From positions 62,001-126,000 of the forward strand of contig JALMLS010000420.1 in NCBI GenBank assembly GCA_038496445.1: 64,000 nt of DNA, given 5' to 3'. The stretch's first letter is position 1. Every line of letters starts with the position of its first letter. Position numbers and translations under genes: made by a program. The notes below the pieces were generated by a model, which searched no databases, was not told the DNA's origin, and saw only the letters and a program-made list of their open reading frames with translations. This DNA is from Trichosphaerium sp. ATCC 40318 (lineage: Eukaryota > Protista > Tubulinea). Below, piece after piece: positions 46,922-60,103 of this stretch.

Positions 46922-48734
46922 TCACTGTACTTTCCCATCAATATTCAATCTAGGTCCTAAAGCATCAGTAGCATTTCTAGCATCAAAGTACTATGGAGAA
47001 CAATTGTTAATAGGATATTATAACGCAATAATGTAGCACCTTTTGCAAGCAAACAAGCCCTAATCCAATGATAATGAGCACGCCACCAATGTACTGAGGG
47101 ATACTCAGTAGTGTCCCAAACACGAAGTATGCCATTACTGTAGCCACCAATGGCTTAACCTTGCATTAAAACAATACCAGTATATAAAGTCATTTCACAC
47201 GCAGGACGTACTTGTATGGTGTTACTGGCAGCAACAATGGAAGCATCCAATTGTTGGTTTGCATAGGTTAATGCTATGAAGGGTGAGTCGAATGAGTACT
47301 CTTACTATAACTTACCGGCATATGTCAGTACTGTAGGGAATATTACAGCGTAGCCCTAGGCACGATTTATAAGCATAGTGTTTGGATAAAGTATTTGTAC
47401 GAGTGGCCATAAAGTTAACTTGTCAACTGCCCACTTGTTCATAAATCCTTAAAGGCGTTAGACGGAATTCAAAGAAATGCTGACTTGGTGGATGCTAAAC
47501 ACGTGCCTCGAACAACATAGTACATTGCTGTAACTGCCATGAGACAGCTGCCCACCATGTATGCAATAGCAGTTACGGTAATGGACTACAAAAAGTGTCA
47601 CTATAGAATAGATTGTGCTATCTTCTCCGACAATAGCAACGTACTGGATACCTACAAAAAATCCAAATGAGGAACAATCACAAAGACGGGGTGATATTTG
47701 CCGAACCTCTTTAGAATTGGCTTTTGTAGTATAATGTAGACTGCCATCGACATTGTATTCTGTTCAATAATGTTGATTAGATATTGTTAACAGCTATTCA
47801 ATCTCGTACGGCCATCAAGAAGAGCAATCCTATTGTTTCTTTTCCACCAAACTACACATAAATAAGATTATTTTCGATAGCAAACTATTTTAAGTTGTTA
47901 CCTTGATATGTCCGTCAGTTTTAGCAGAAAATACAACCATCACTATTGCACCAATTACAGCAACAACAATGCCTCCAATCTATGACACTACACTTAGAAT
48001 TGTTACATAAATGTTCTGTATTACCTTGAGGATAGATGGCTTTTCCATTCTACATGCACAATTAGTTACCACTTACATTTGGTTGACGTACCGCAATATC
48101 AGTGCCAGGAAAGTTGCCCAAACAGGAATCTACACATGTTAACAACAAAACAAGTTACCTGAATTACGTACTAAGGGTTGTGTTATCGAAGCTATTGATG
48201 GTCCAGCAAAAGACAATCCTATTTCAATATTTAGCAAAGCAATTCCAATGTATTTTTTGGCCATGCCTAAAATGAAAAAGAGTTGATTTCCCCACACTCC
48301 TGTCAATCCAAGCAAACTAAAAAACGTCACGTGGACAGTTTTCGAAACAATAATATACTCACAAAAACCAGCCAGCATCTCGTGCCAATGGTCTCACTCC
48401 TTGATTTATAGAGTTACAAACACGTGAAACGAAAACTCTTTCGTACTTTCAAAAGTAAGTGCCATCAACACTAAAAGAGGTCCTGCGATAGCCTACAATC
48501 ACGTGGACATTAATAAAAAATGCAATGAATAACAAAATAGAGTATAGGAGCACCTCGCGAATTAAAGAAAATACAATTGGGTCAGTATAAGCAATACCGA
48601 GCTTGGCTACAATGGAGTATATTCCGCTACAACCCTCACGTCAAAATAACCACGTTAAATACATTTTAAACGTACAACGCTGTTTGGCTGTACAGCAACG
48701 CAAAGTAGTACGAAGATGTACGCAGGAGCGACAT
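46922..48734 (-). CDS. EamA/DMT (WAT1-like) membrane transporter
   Basis: Multiple hydrophobic exons; DPIVFSLIRE, GLTGVWGNQLFFILG, SIASITQP, WANQQLDASIVAASNTIQP. 3' end approximate. Confidence 0.85.
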
Positions 48735-48826
48735 GATAAGATGGTAATTGAGTGTTGTGCGTGTGTTTGAAGTCTTTGCGTTTCAAAACGCGAAAAGCTT
48801 ACCAAACACAATACAAACGTTCTAAA

Positions 48827-49553
48827 ATGGCTGTAATGCATTTAAATAATACTCAGGTGGTATTTCTAATACTTGGTATGCTCAATACCGCAACTACGGA
48901 TTAAAGGCTAACAAAATCGCCGTAGCCGTGATTGTCAACGTGATGGTTATCGTTACAAGCGTTATTGCCGCTGTTAAAGTACGTTGTAGTTTGACATTTT
49001 GTAGTAATGTACACACAACATAACAACATCTGTAGAGCGGTTTCCCATCATGGGTATGGAAAGGAACCATAGACAAGTAAGTTTTGACTCAAACAGCAAA
49101 TACAGATTTAATTCATAAAAACAACTAGCGTCAATGCTGCCTGGGCGATTTCTTTCATGTCTATTGTACTAATAGTGGTACGGAGGCTTTTTTTATTTTT
49201 GCAAAAAAGCCTTTTCTGTACAGAACCTCCTGCTTTATTTAAAAAAGATGTTATTGCATAGATGGCCATTCTAGGTATAGTAGGAGAGTTACAGATACGC
49301 TTATACATCAGTAGATTCAACATTTTTGCTCAGGTACACTTTTTTCCTGAATCAATTAAAATCAACGTATACCGTAGTTTTGGACAAGAGCTATATGGTA
49401 CATCATCATTGGATTGCTTGTAGTAGGTTTAGCAGGAGCAGTTGGCATTACAGCTGCTTTCCTTTGTTGGATATTCGCCGTTGTATGCTTGGTACGCACT
49501 GTTACTCTTTTCATTTGAATGACAATGTACCAACTTGCATTTTAGGTATTTGA
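48827..49553 (+). CDS. Small multi-pass membrane protein, COPI-associated/TVP15-like
   Basis: Spliced hydrophobic exons MAVVFLILAVIVNVMVIV..; YISRFNIF..FWTRAIWYIIIGLLVVG resembles the TVP15 core. Ends uncertain. Confidence 0.5.
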
Positions 49554-50084
49554 GTTACTCATGTGCCTTCAAAACAGTGAATCACCAAAACAAAACAATA
49601 ACAACAAGGCGTAGACACTAAAAGCCATCAAGTACACGTAGCTGTACTGGTTATAGCCAAGTATTTGGCCTGTGTAGTACCGCACTGTGGTGCAAATAAA
49701 ATAATCTTTGGCTTGTGTTGATTGTCACGAATTAATTAGCTTTGTACTTAGTACTATCTTCCTTAGAACCGATGGATTGATTTATTACGAAAATCAAATA
49801 TCCTTTTTAGAACATGTTCACATTTAGTACTAGTTTAAAAATCCGTAATGCGTAGCCGCGAAGGTTGCATACGAAGGCACTAGTAAATTTTTTTGTGCTG
49901 CACAGGCAGAAAGGGAAAAGTTCCATTCTGTGAAGTAGTTGCATGATGCGCATTGCAATTTTTTATACTATCACGTTAATGCCACCAGTTGTGACGAAAG
50001 AGAATATTAAATGAACTGAAAACCTAGATTGGAAGTTATTTGACTTTCTGAGTACTCAACTGCCTCCATTTAACAACAAACACA

Positions 50085-51329
50085 ATGGCAGAAACACAAG
50101 GAGACGCCACCAAAATTCTCGCGCTTATCGCAGATCGTATTCAACCAACAATTAACAATAATTTCGATGCGCTTGTTATGGCCATGCATGGCATACTACG
50201 CATGCGTAAGTTTGATTTCATAGGCTCAGAAAAGCAAAATAAACCGTGTACGTTAATCAATTAATTTTTTGTCAACGAGCCCGAACCTAACCTAACTACG
50301 ACCAGTTGGAGAGAAGATGCCTTCTGATTGGAATGCCAATCCTGGCGCATACACACTACGTTACAGGTAAGACTTTAACGCCAACACACGAAACTAACGC
50401 GTACAAACCCCCCTAGCCACGCAGCTGTCCCTGAGTCAACATTTATTTTTAAGTTCATAGTACTCATGGACAAAATATTGGTACACGCAGTATGCGTTGA
50501 CGCAAATGATAAAACAGGCGAGACTGTATCAACTGAAATAACGTAAGTTTTCTAGCCCCAACAACCGACTTGTCATATTTTTTGTTTTTTTGACATTCAA
50601 CTAGTGCTGCATCATACATTGACGCCTCCAAGTCCTTAGAAGACCTCTCATCATACTTTACAGACTTACCAGGCCTAATGGCGGCCTTTAACAAGAGCAT
50701 TTCGGCCAAACTAGTCCCTAACGTTGCAGATCTAAGGTACTTGATATCTCATCTCTGTTGGTCCATTATTCTTACGATTCCGTTAGGCAACAAGCACGTG
50801 AAAATCCTCCACGAGCGCAGGCAAATCCTCTAAGAAATCCAGGACCTTATCCTCAACGGCAGCCACGTCCAAATTATCCTGGAGGCTTCGGAAACCCAGC
50901 CAATCCGTACGCAATAACAAGTTTAATTTCTGTTGTTTTCTCCTTGTACCTATCTCTAACAGTGTATAGAGGTCTTCCAGGCATGCCTGGCTTCCCTGGC
51001 ATGGGTGTTGGTCAAGGTGACTTGTTTCCAGGTGGTAGACCAGGTAACCTTGTAGGTCCAGGACAATGTACGTCATTTCTCTCTAAATTTGTTGTTGAAG
51101 GAGACAAAACATAATGAACGTAATTTAGTTAACCCTAATATGGGAGGACCAAGAGGTGGTTTCCCTGGCGGTGTACCAGGCGCACGATTTGATCCATTTG
51201 GACCTCCTGGCACTCAACCAAAGTACGTTAAAGTCAGAGATGTTCAATTATTAATTTTTGTGTTTTAGTCCTGATGCAGATCACTTCAGAAGACCTGGTC
51301 CAGGTTTCGATGATGATATGTTCATGTAA
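50085..51329 (+). CDS. PSMF1: Proteasome inhibitor PI31
   Basis: FDALVMAMHG, MPSDWN..YTLRY, Pro/Gly-rich tail with VGQGDLFPG, VPGARFDPFGPPG and PDADHFRRPG..DDMFM. Confidence 0.92.
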
Positions 51330-51384
51330 ATTTTATTAAACAAAACTGGAGTAACATGTCAAAAGAGGAGGGTTGTTATTATTA

Positions 51385-54300
51385 TTATAAATGTAAGAAA
51401 AGTCCAAGCAAAATAAATGCCATAATAACTGTATACTTCTGGATAGCATTGCTACTGTGCCCTTGATTCTTTTGTGGTGTTTGCACAATATCACGTTTTT
51501 TGTGAGGGCATGCTCCTAGTTCAGTATCGCTCTCAGCCTAACATGCTTGTTAAGCAAAGCAAAAGTGGAGAAAAAAAAAAAAAAGCAAAACTTACGACCG
51601 TTTTTATAGCTCCTTCTCCGTCTGCCGATAGAAAATAAGAACAAGTATAGATATTGAATTTGACGCACCAATGCCATAGAAAGTAATTTTCCAGTCCACG
51701 AGTGTACCTTGTAAGCCACTTGCCAAGTTCTTTACAACAATTGACCATCTTCCCTATTTTGTAAATATTTAATCTTTCTAAACCTTTACTCATCATTATT
51801 GTACCTGTGTTTGCTCTCCCCAAAATGCAAGAGTGGTGAAATTCCATCCTTGGTAGTTAGATTTAGAATCCAGGTAGCGACTTGGCACAATAACAGAATC
51901 TTAAGACAGAATTAGTTCGAAATTTTTTTTAAGTGAAATATCAGCGCACGTGTGTTCGAAGGAGATACCAAAAGTACATCCAATTGACCACGTCTGCTGT
52001 GTATTATATTAGGCATAACAACGACATGATGTATCTTCATGTCTTCCTAATAAGAAAGCGATTAGATAAACAACTCACAAAAAAAAACCGCACCGCAATC
52101 TCAACAGTCGATTCAGCACAGCTGGAGAATCCTTTATGCACATTCGGAATAGTATACACGATATCTTTCTCTGTGAGAGACTTTTCAAATGCACGTGCGT
52201 TTTGGACTACAAGGTCACTATCTATTAAACCAAATCCGCTCGTCTGTGAGAAATAGATTCCTAATACGGAAATAATTAAGATAGAGATTGCAATGTATTG
52301 AGCTCACCAGCGCCATTCTGAATTGAGTCTGTACCAATCTGAGTACAAGAAGCTTGTAGGATATACTGTGCATCTAACCAAGTGATACTAGGATTGGTTT
52401 CAAGCATCAAGGCCATGAGACCTGAAGCCAAAGGAGCTGCAGCGGAAGTACCCTTTTTTTCATTAAGCAATTATCAAAGAGTGCCATTGACATACCGTGA
52501 AGGAACTCAAGCATCCTGGATTGAGGGAAGCCTTTGTAGTGACTAGACCTGAGCTGCTTAAACCACCGCCAGGAACAACTGCAAAGAGAGCAGAACAGCC
52601 CTGAAATAAAGTTAGACAAATATTCGAATAAACACAGTTACCTCGGAATATCTCGCAACGTCACCATGTTTGGTTATAGCACCAATAGCTATTGTGTACC
52701 TCCAACTCGCATAACCATCAAAAGCGCAGCTGTCGCCACTAAAAGTATATTTAAGATGACGGTTGAACCAAATAATAAACAAGAACTACTAATGACATAC
52801 TGCTGCTTTCCATTTCCACTAGCCCACATGATAATATTTCCTAGACCTAAGATCACATAAGTTTCTTATAATTCACAGTGAAGTTTCTTCAAGACCATTT
52901 CGCCCTTTTGATATTGCTGTAAGTATGCCGGCCTTTGCCAAGGAGCCAGGTCCTTCCATTGCCTTCCCAGTATCAGATGGTCCTAAAAAGGTATTGTGAG
53001 ATGACGCTTCCGCCACGTGACACAAAAGGGTGTACCCCAACTGCAACTGTAAATATCAATTTCGTGCATCTTGTAAGAAAGCGCTGCGCCTTCTTCAAAA
53101 TCAGTAGAACATCCACAGCTCCTTATCCACCAACGTTAGAAATTCCTTTCAATAAATATGATGATACCTTTGAAGAATTGCCAAACCAGCGACCTTTGCT
53201 CTAAGCACTTTATTAAAGACATCAAGTTACCTTGAAATAAACGTACCTGAAAGCAGGTCCTACTGCACAATAAGAGCCATCAGCTGCTGCTGCTGCGGAT
53301 CCAGCACAAGGTGTTCCTTTGGTGATGTTTAAAATAGTTGTACTTATGGATTTTCTTGAAGACTTGAAACGTACCATGGTAATCACGTACAAAGTCTAAA
53401 ACAAAAATCAGATTTATAAGCTTTAAAAAATAACATTATCGGCGAGACGTACTGACTGGATATGGATCATTTGAGTTAGCATTAAAGTTCCAACTTAGCT
53501 AAATGAAATAGTTAGGCGTCTATCATTTTTAAATATTACAACGTCTCCAGCATAGTTAGATTGAAGGTCAGGATGATCTGTATCAATGTGTTAACAAAAT
53601 GAAGAAATAAAAAAAAAGAAAGACTTACCATGCTGCAATCCATCGTCGGCAATGGCAATCACTACGAACTGGTTAACGCACTTTAATTGATAACAACCTT
53701 ACCAACACCCTCCCCAGTAATACCCTCTTTCCAAGCCGAGTCGGCTTTTACCTGTAAAGTGTCAATTTAGGATGGCAGTTACAAAAACCTGGATGTTGTA
53801 CATTTGCGAACGCCTCTGATGAGCGAAGATGCCACTCTTCTAGAAATAAAGCGTCTCTTGGACGACCGTCAATTAATTTCCACCATTCAGTTTCCTCCTG
53901 CACGGCCCTCTTATCGTGCATATGCAGATGCTAATCAAAGAACAATAATTAAATCTCGTTTTGACATGCAAAAAAAAGATAAACCCCAAAAAAACAAAAA
54001 CCTTGTGCATAGTCTCTATACCTGACGTTGATGCCATTGTACACCAAAAGGATTACTCTCAACTCCGCGTTTGTTACTATTATGTAGATTGTCCAGATGA
54101 TTAACAAAACGTGCGTGGTGCTCTGGTAACTGTGAAATATGAGTTTTTGATTCAGAGCTGACTGAATCATCAAATTTGAACATGTGGTAGTCTTCAACGC
54201 TTCCCATGTGACCCCAATAACTTAAATTATGGTGTTCTGCAAAGGCGATGGCTTGTTCTTTCGTCTACAGCGCAAGTTAAACGCCATATGGAGTCTATAG

Positions 54301-54418
54301 GAGAGAGCCGTACCGGAAACTGTATTGCCCATTCGTCCACGTGATGTAACGCTTGGGCTATTACTGGTAGCGCAATAAATAGTAATAAGAAACCACATGC
54401 GTAACGTGTGGTATACAT
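51385..54418 (-). CDS. Kexin/furin-like S8B subtilase with signal peptide and hydrophobic C-terminus
   Basis: Signal peptide [23 protein letters not shown]; catalytic [11 protein letters not shown] (Asp), HGTPCAG (His), MWASGNG (oxyanion Asn) and [25 protein letters not shown] (Ser). Confidence 0.9.
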
Positions 54419-54919
54419 AGTGCGCAGAGTGACGTTTTTGAAGTGTGAAGACTTTTAAAACTGAAAACAACATCTTTTGGAAATTCCACTAGTTTTCTTA
54501 TCTGAAAGCTGGTTGTACAAGTTTACAAAGCGTGTCGAGCAAAGCCAGAACGGTTGACGCTATTCAGATTTTCAGAGATGATTCAGTGACGTCTTCACAC
54601 CAGTTAAAAAAAAGTACAAAACAGCATCACGTGGGCTTTCCGAATGTACGTTCTGCTGCTACATGTTCTCACAACTTCACGAAATTTAACAAAAATCCAA
54701 TAGGATAACGGTCAACGTCGATAATTAAAAAGTTCCTCATTTTAACGTTAAGGTAGGTGTGGTCTTTAAGTAAACGTGATCCGGAATAAGAACTTTTTCG
54801 ACCAACAAACATAAACGTAACTAGCGTATTAAAAGGTAAGACGCGTACAATTTGTTGCACCAATGCAACTGTACCACAAAATTAGTCAAAAAAGCACTCC
54901 GTAACTCTCGTTTAGCATA

Positions 54920-56003
54920 ATGACAACTCTAGAAGAGAAATGGGCAGCACAAAAGGCAAAGATGGACGCCATCAGGTACAATAAAATAGAATTTCGCCTA
55001 AAACGATGCTAACAACCCAAAAGGGGCACACAACAGAGCGTCGTAACTAGCGCTAGGCCTAACGAATACAAGTACATGAGTATGGACGATGTCCGCTCTC
55101 AACAGCAGAGTTGTGTCACTGGTGCTAAACCAGGCGCATACAAATACAACGACATGAACTCTGTACGTTCTCAACAACAAAGCGTTGTGACAGGCGCAAA
55201 ACCGAGCGGTTACAAGTACAAAAGTATGGACGAAATACGCGGTCAACAACAGAGCGTCGTTACAGGAGCCAGGCCACAAGGATACCAGTACAAAAGTATG
55301 AACGAAATCCGTTCTCAACAACAGAGTTGCGTGACCGGTGCTAAGCCACACGGCTATCAATACAAGAGTATGGACGAAGTCCGTTCTCAACAACAGAGTT
55401 GTGTGACTGGTGCTAAGCCAAACAACTACAAATATAAAAACATGAATGACATCCGCTCTCAACAACAGAGTTGCGTCACTGGTGCTAAACCAGATACATA
55501 CAAGTACAATGACATGAACTCTGTACGCTCTCAACAACAGAGCGTTGTTACAGGGGCCAAGCCTCACGACTATAAGTACAAAAACATGGACGACATTCGT
55601 TCACAACAACAGAGTTGCGTGACTGGTGCTAAACCAAACAACTACAAATATAAAAACATGAATGATATCCGCTCTCAACAACAGAGTGTTGTGACTGGCG
55701 CTACACCACACAACTACCAGTACAAGAGTATGGACGAAGTCCGTTCTCAACAACAGAGTTGCGTGACTGGTGCTAAACCAGAAAAGCAAACATACAATGA
55801 CATGTCCGCAGTACGTTCTCAACAACAAAGTGTTGTAAGTGGTAGAAAGCCAGAAGAACGAAGAGCTGTAGACATGGAGGTACAATATTTTAAATTATTT
55901 AATCATTCTACCACCCCAAAATCTAACTCTCTGTCACACATAGAAAACTCGTAGTCAGCAAGGTAGTGTCATACACAATAATGACTTAAAAGACAAGTTC
56001 TAA
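54920..56003 (+). CDS. Hypothetical protein made of about 12 tandem 24-aa repeats
   Basis: Repeat consensus MDxIRSQQQS(C/V)VTGAKPxxYKYKx. ORF 55076-55954 plus short first and last exons; AATAAA follows the stop. Confidence 0.85.
55025..55860 (+). repeat. Coding tandem repeat, 72-bp unit, about 12 copies
   Basis: Recurring cgttctcaacaacagag..actggtgctaa at 72-nt period with mostly synonymous variation. Confidence 0.9.
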
Positions 56004-56136
56004 ATCCATTTGTACAACATCAAACTAAAACACACGCTCAGGTTGGCGTTTGAATAAATATATAGTAAACAAACAAGAGTAACAATATAGTTTGTGGTAA
56101 TTTTTTGTGATTTTAATTAAAAATTGGATTTTTGGA

Positions 56137-59100
56137 TTACAATTCTCTTTCTAGTTCTTGCAATTCAGCTTCATCAAATTCTTCGTCACCAAGATCTTCA
56201 AAATCTTCTAGATCTTTTTCAAGCTCATCATCAAAGACATCTTCATCCTCATCGAAGACGTCATCATCTATTTTTTCGACCTGTTCTACCTTAGTAACAG
56301 GTTCAACCGAGGCGACCTCAGTAGGAGCTGGCGCTGTTTGTTGTACAACTGGTTCTACGAGTGGCTCAAGAGGCTCAGCTTGAGCAACTGGATCTTGTAC
56401 AACAGGTTCGACTGGAGCAGACTCTGTAAACAAAGCCGTCAAAATCATGAAAAAATCAGCAAGAAATTAAACGTACGCCTATTGTGTGGACCGCCTTGCT
56501 CCAAAAACTCCTTCAACAAATCGATAGCGAGATCCTCCTGGATATCAAGATACTTGTCTGAATCCATAGACCAGTAATTTGTACCATTTGGATATCTGTA
56601 GACCTTCTCAGCTTTGATAGATTCTTGGTGAAGAGGGAATGCTTCAGGACATTCTTCTGGAACAGCAATACGTGATGCAACTTCTTTATTGCCGTCATGT
56701 AGCAATTTACGCCATGCGCTGACTGTATCGTTCAAACGTGAAGGAACATAGGCACGTGCAAACAATACAGCTTCTGGAATCCTGTCTGTGTTCATCAAAA
56801 GGTCTAGACATTCATCGACCTTGCCCATCAAGAGTAATGTAACAAATGCAACATTGTTCTTTTCTAAACAAAGAATAAAGTTAGAATCACGTGTCAGGTT
56901 GGTTTGTTTTTTTAAAGCACGTACTCTTCTCTTTTGAGAGGTCTGCGAGCTCCGCCATACCGGCTGTGTTACTCTGTGATGTGTACAATAGTAGTAAACC
57001 GGCAGTATCTTTAGCTTTCTTCAAGCACTCCTCAGCCAACGCCATCTAAACGCATACGTTAGTTTTAAAATGAAAATGAAAAATGGAAAGAAAAGCGGTG
57101 GTTTGCACGAAAAATAACGTACATCTGGTTTTCGCATAGCGAGGTCTGCAATCTGTTTCCACTTGTTATCAGACTTTAATTTATTAGATATCTCATAAGC
57201 CAATTGTAGATTCTTTAGTTTGACAGCAAGATCAAATCTATGATCATCATCTTGTGATGTCTCCAAGGCCAACGCCAAGTATCCTAAATCATTGTCATTA
57301 ACACTCTTATTTTTTCAACAAATAAAAAAAAAACCAGCCAATTAAATGCAAGCGCGTACCTTGAGCTTCCAAAAACTGTGCAATTCTTGTTTTATCTGAT
57401 TCAGGTATCTTTGGGAGTATGGCAGCAGCAGTCTCCATATCGCCACGTAATACAGCTGTTTGGTAGTTGATAATGGACAAGTGAATTGTGAAAGATTGGA
57501 CAGTATGAGATTTATCCATGAGGAAGATTCTATTGAATCGAGGAAGGTAACCCAAAATAAACATATTTCTATAGAGCAGAAAAAAATAAGTCAAAAGAAA
57601 AGCAGAGCTTAACGACGTACCTTTCCAAGTGGCTAACAGTCTCTGTCTTTGTTCCAACAGCATAGTTCAACCTGTTTTGATTGTTTGTGTAAATGAAGCA
57701 ATCGCCAACCCATGTACCAGAAGTTACCTAAATTAGCTTGTCAATCAAAACGAAAACAAAAAAAAAGGATCATCAAACTCTCTGTAATCAGCCCTCATAC
57801 CTGTTCTGGAATTTCGTTAAGAACTTCGAAAGCTTGTGGAATGCCATCATCAGGAATAGGCGCTCCTTCTTCAAAAGTCTGCATGACTGCACCTTTGTTG
57901 TACTCAAGAATATAGTACGTATCTTCAGCGCATATGGCAACAAACTGTCCGTTTTCTGACCAATAGATAGCACGTGGTTGAACTTCAATTTTGCGTACTA
58001 GCCTTGAACTCTCCCAATCATAGAAACACATAAAACCATGTGCCCTTAGTCCAATCAAGGAGCCTCCAAATAGATTATCAGATGAGTATCCTGGCTTGAA
58101 AGCTTGTGTCTCTTCAAAGTTATTAAAGATTCTGACAGTGCCATTTGCCTCTCTTACTGCGTATCTAACGAGTAAAAAATTAAAAAAACCCAAGTCAAGC
58201 GAGAACAAAAAAAAAATTGTTGATCAAAAGAATACAAATACGTACTGTCCCTTAGCGTTGCTTGTGTTTGACCATCCAAAGTTTACAGCGGATCCAAAAC
58301 TCTTGTTTCTCCATGCGACACCAGTATAAATAGTGTATTCTCCATCACCAATAGCTACAACGAATCTTCCTTTCGAACTGTGTTGCAACTAAAGAGGTTT
58401 TAATAAAAAATTATTTTTCGAAGCGAAACAAAATAAACAAAAAAAAATTCGTGTTGACTTGTCATCGTACTCTTTGTGGGTAAACTTCAGTATGACCCAA
58501 TGGTTTTGGTGCAAGTGATAAGGTTTCGCCATCTTCTACTTTACCAGACATAACAGTTCTGATATTTGCGAGCATAATCTCATTTTCTTTTGCCCAAATA
58601 ATTTTACCGTTTTGATCCATAGACGCGGCAGGTTCTTCACGACCGAGTGAACAAAGGATTGTACCCTCATCATAACCGATACCAACAGCGTTAGAGCCCT
58701 TAATACAAGCAATAGCCCATACTCTGTCCCAACCGTACGTCAAAGGCTTCATAAATCGGTACGTGTTAGAATTCCACAATCGCACGCTTCCTAGAGGACG
58801 GGAACAGATCAGTACCTTGAAACAAGCGCAAAAAAACGAAATCAAAAAAAAAAACTGATTGAAAAAAAAATTGATTTGTTTTCTCATGTCATTGACGTAC
58901 CGTCTTCAGAACCGGACAAGATGATAGGTAGCTCAGGGTGGAATTTAACAGAGGATATATTGTGCGTGTGACCTTCGAGTGTTGAGACACAGGTCTTGTT
59001 TTGGTAATCCCATACTTTGACAGTGTGATCATCAGCGCCTGTCATTATATAAGGCTTGTCGCCGCCACGGAAGTACTCGACGCAGTTGACACCCTTTTCA

Positions 59101-59856
59101 TGTCCTTCAAGAGTAAAATGTGGTGTTCCTGAACTGAGACCCCAGACCTTTACAGTCTTATCAAGGGATGCAGAAGCAAAAGTGTTAGGGTCGTGTGGGT
59201 TAAAGACAGTCATCATGACATAATGAGTGTGACCCTCGAACACTTGCATGCATTGGAATCCGCGCTCCCAATCCCAAAGTTTTATAAGCATATCATCCGC
59301 TGAGGATAATATGTATGGGTTTGTAGGGTGTACAGACACAGAGCGAATGTAATCCACGTGTGCCTCCCACTTTTTAACTGTTTCCATTGTATTGTAGTTG
59401 TATACGCGCAAATTCATGTCGTCTGCACCGCAAAGTACCCATTGCTTGCGTGCAACAAATTTGGCGCATCGCACTGGTAGTTCTGTGACTTCAAATTGTT
59501 TTACCAGGCTCTTTGAAAAAAAGTTATTAAACGAACGTGTTTGATCGTGGTCGTTGCCACTGAGTAATAATAACGCACTTGGGTTTGGTAATTGTAAATG
59601 TAAACGTTGCCGTTGTATAAACTTGACAATATCCATGGTTCTTACCCGTAGGTTAGCTAATTGTGACTTTTAAATCGAGTGGGTACCCTGAGGATGTAGG
59701 TCGACACTTTTTACCCTATCTGATCTGCTACTAAACTTTTTCTATCGCGTGGATGTTAGCTCTAGGTTAGTACAAACCAACTTTATTTACCTTTACATTG
59801 ACTTGCATTCGCGACTAGGAAGGTGTTAGACGCTAAAGAGACACTAAACGTACCAT
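56137..59856 (-). CDS. COPB2: Coatomer subunit beta' (Sec27)
   Basis: [65 protein letters not shown]; acidic tail. Confidence 0.97.
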
Positions 59857-60103
59857 TTTGAAGTGTTGTTGGGAAGAGTTGTAGGCAAAAGGGTTTTTGA
59901 TGCTACGTCGGCAAACGCTCTAAGGCAGATGATAACACATAAGTCATAAAGCGTCAGCAAACTACCGTTTCAAGCCCTTGCGTAGTTTTATAGCTGTTTT
60001 TGAAGCAAAACAGGCTGACTTGACACATTTGAAACGTGAAATTGCTACGTATTCTTCTAGTATCTTTGGTATTGTGCCAAAGGCGCCTACATAGGTTTAG
60101 AAA

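Noticed and set aside
49840-50020. Small hairpin and C/D-box-like words in the intergenic region upstream of PI31
   Set aside because: Box C is imperfect and there is no terminal stem. The 10-mer shared with the RPN7 intron is expected by chance in 64 kb.
55025-55860. CRISPR-like periodic array
   Set aside because: The period is 72 nt (24 codons) inside an open reading frame with synonymous variation. There are no unique spacers, the context is eukaryotic, and no cas genes are present.
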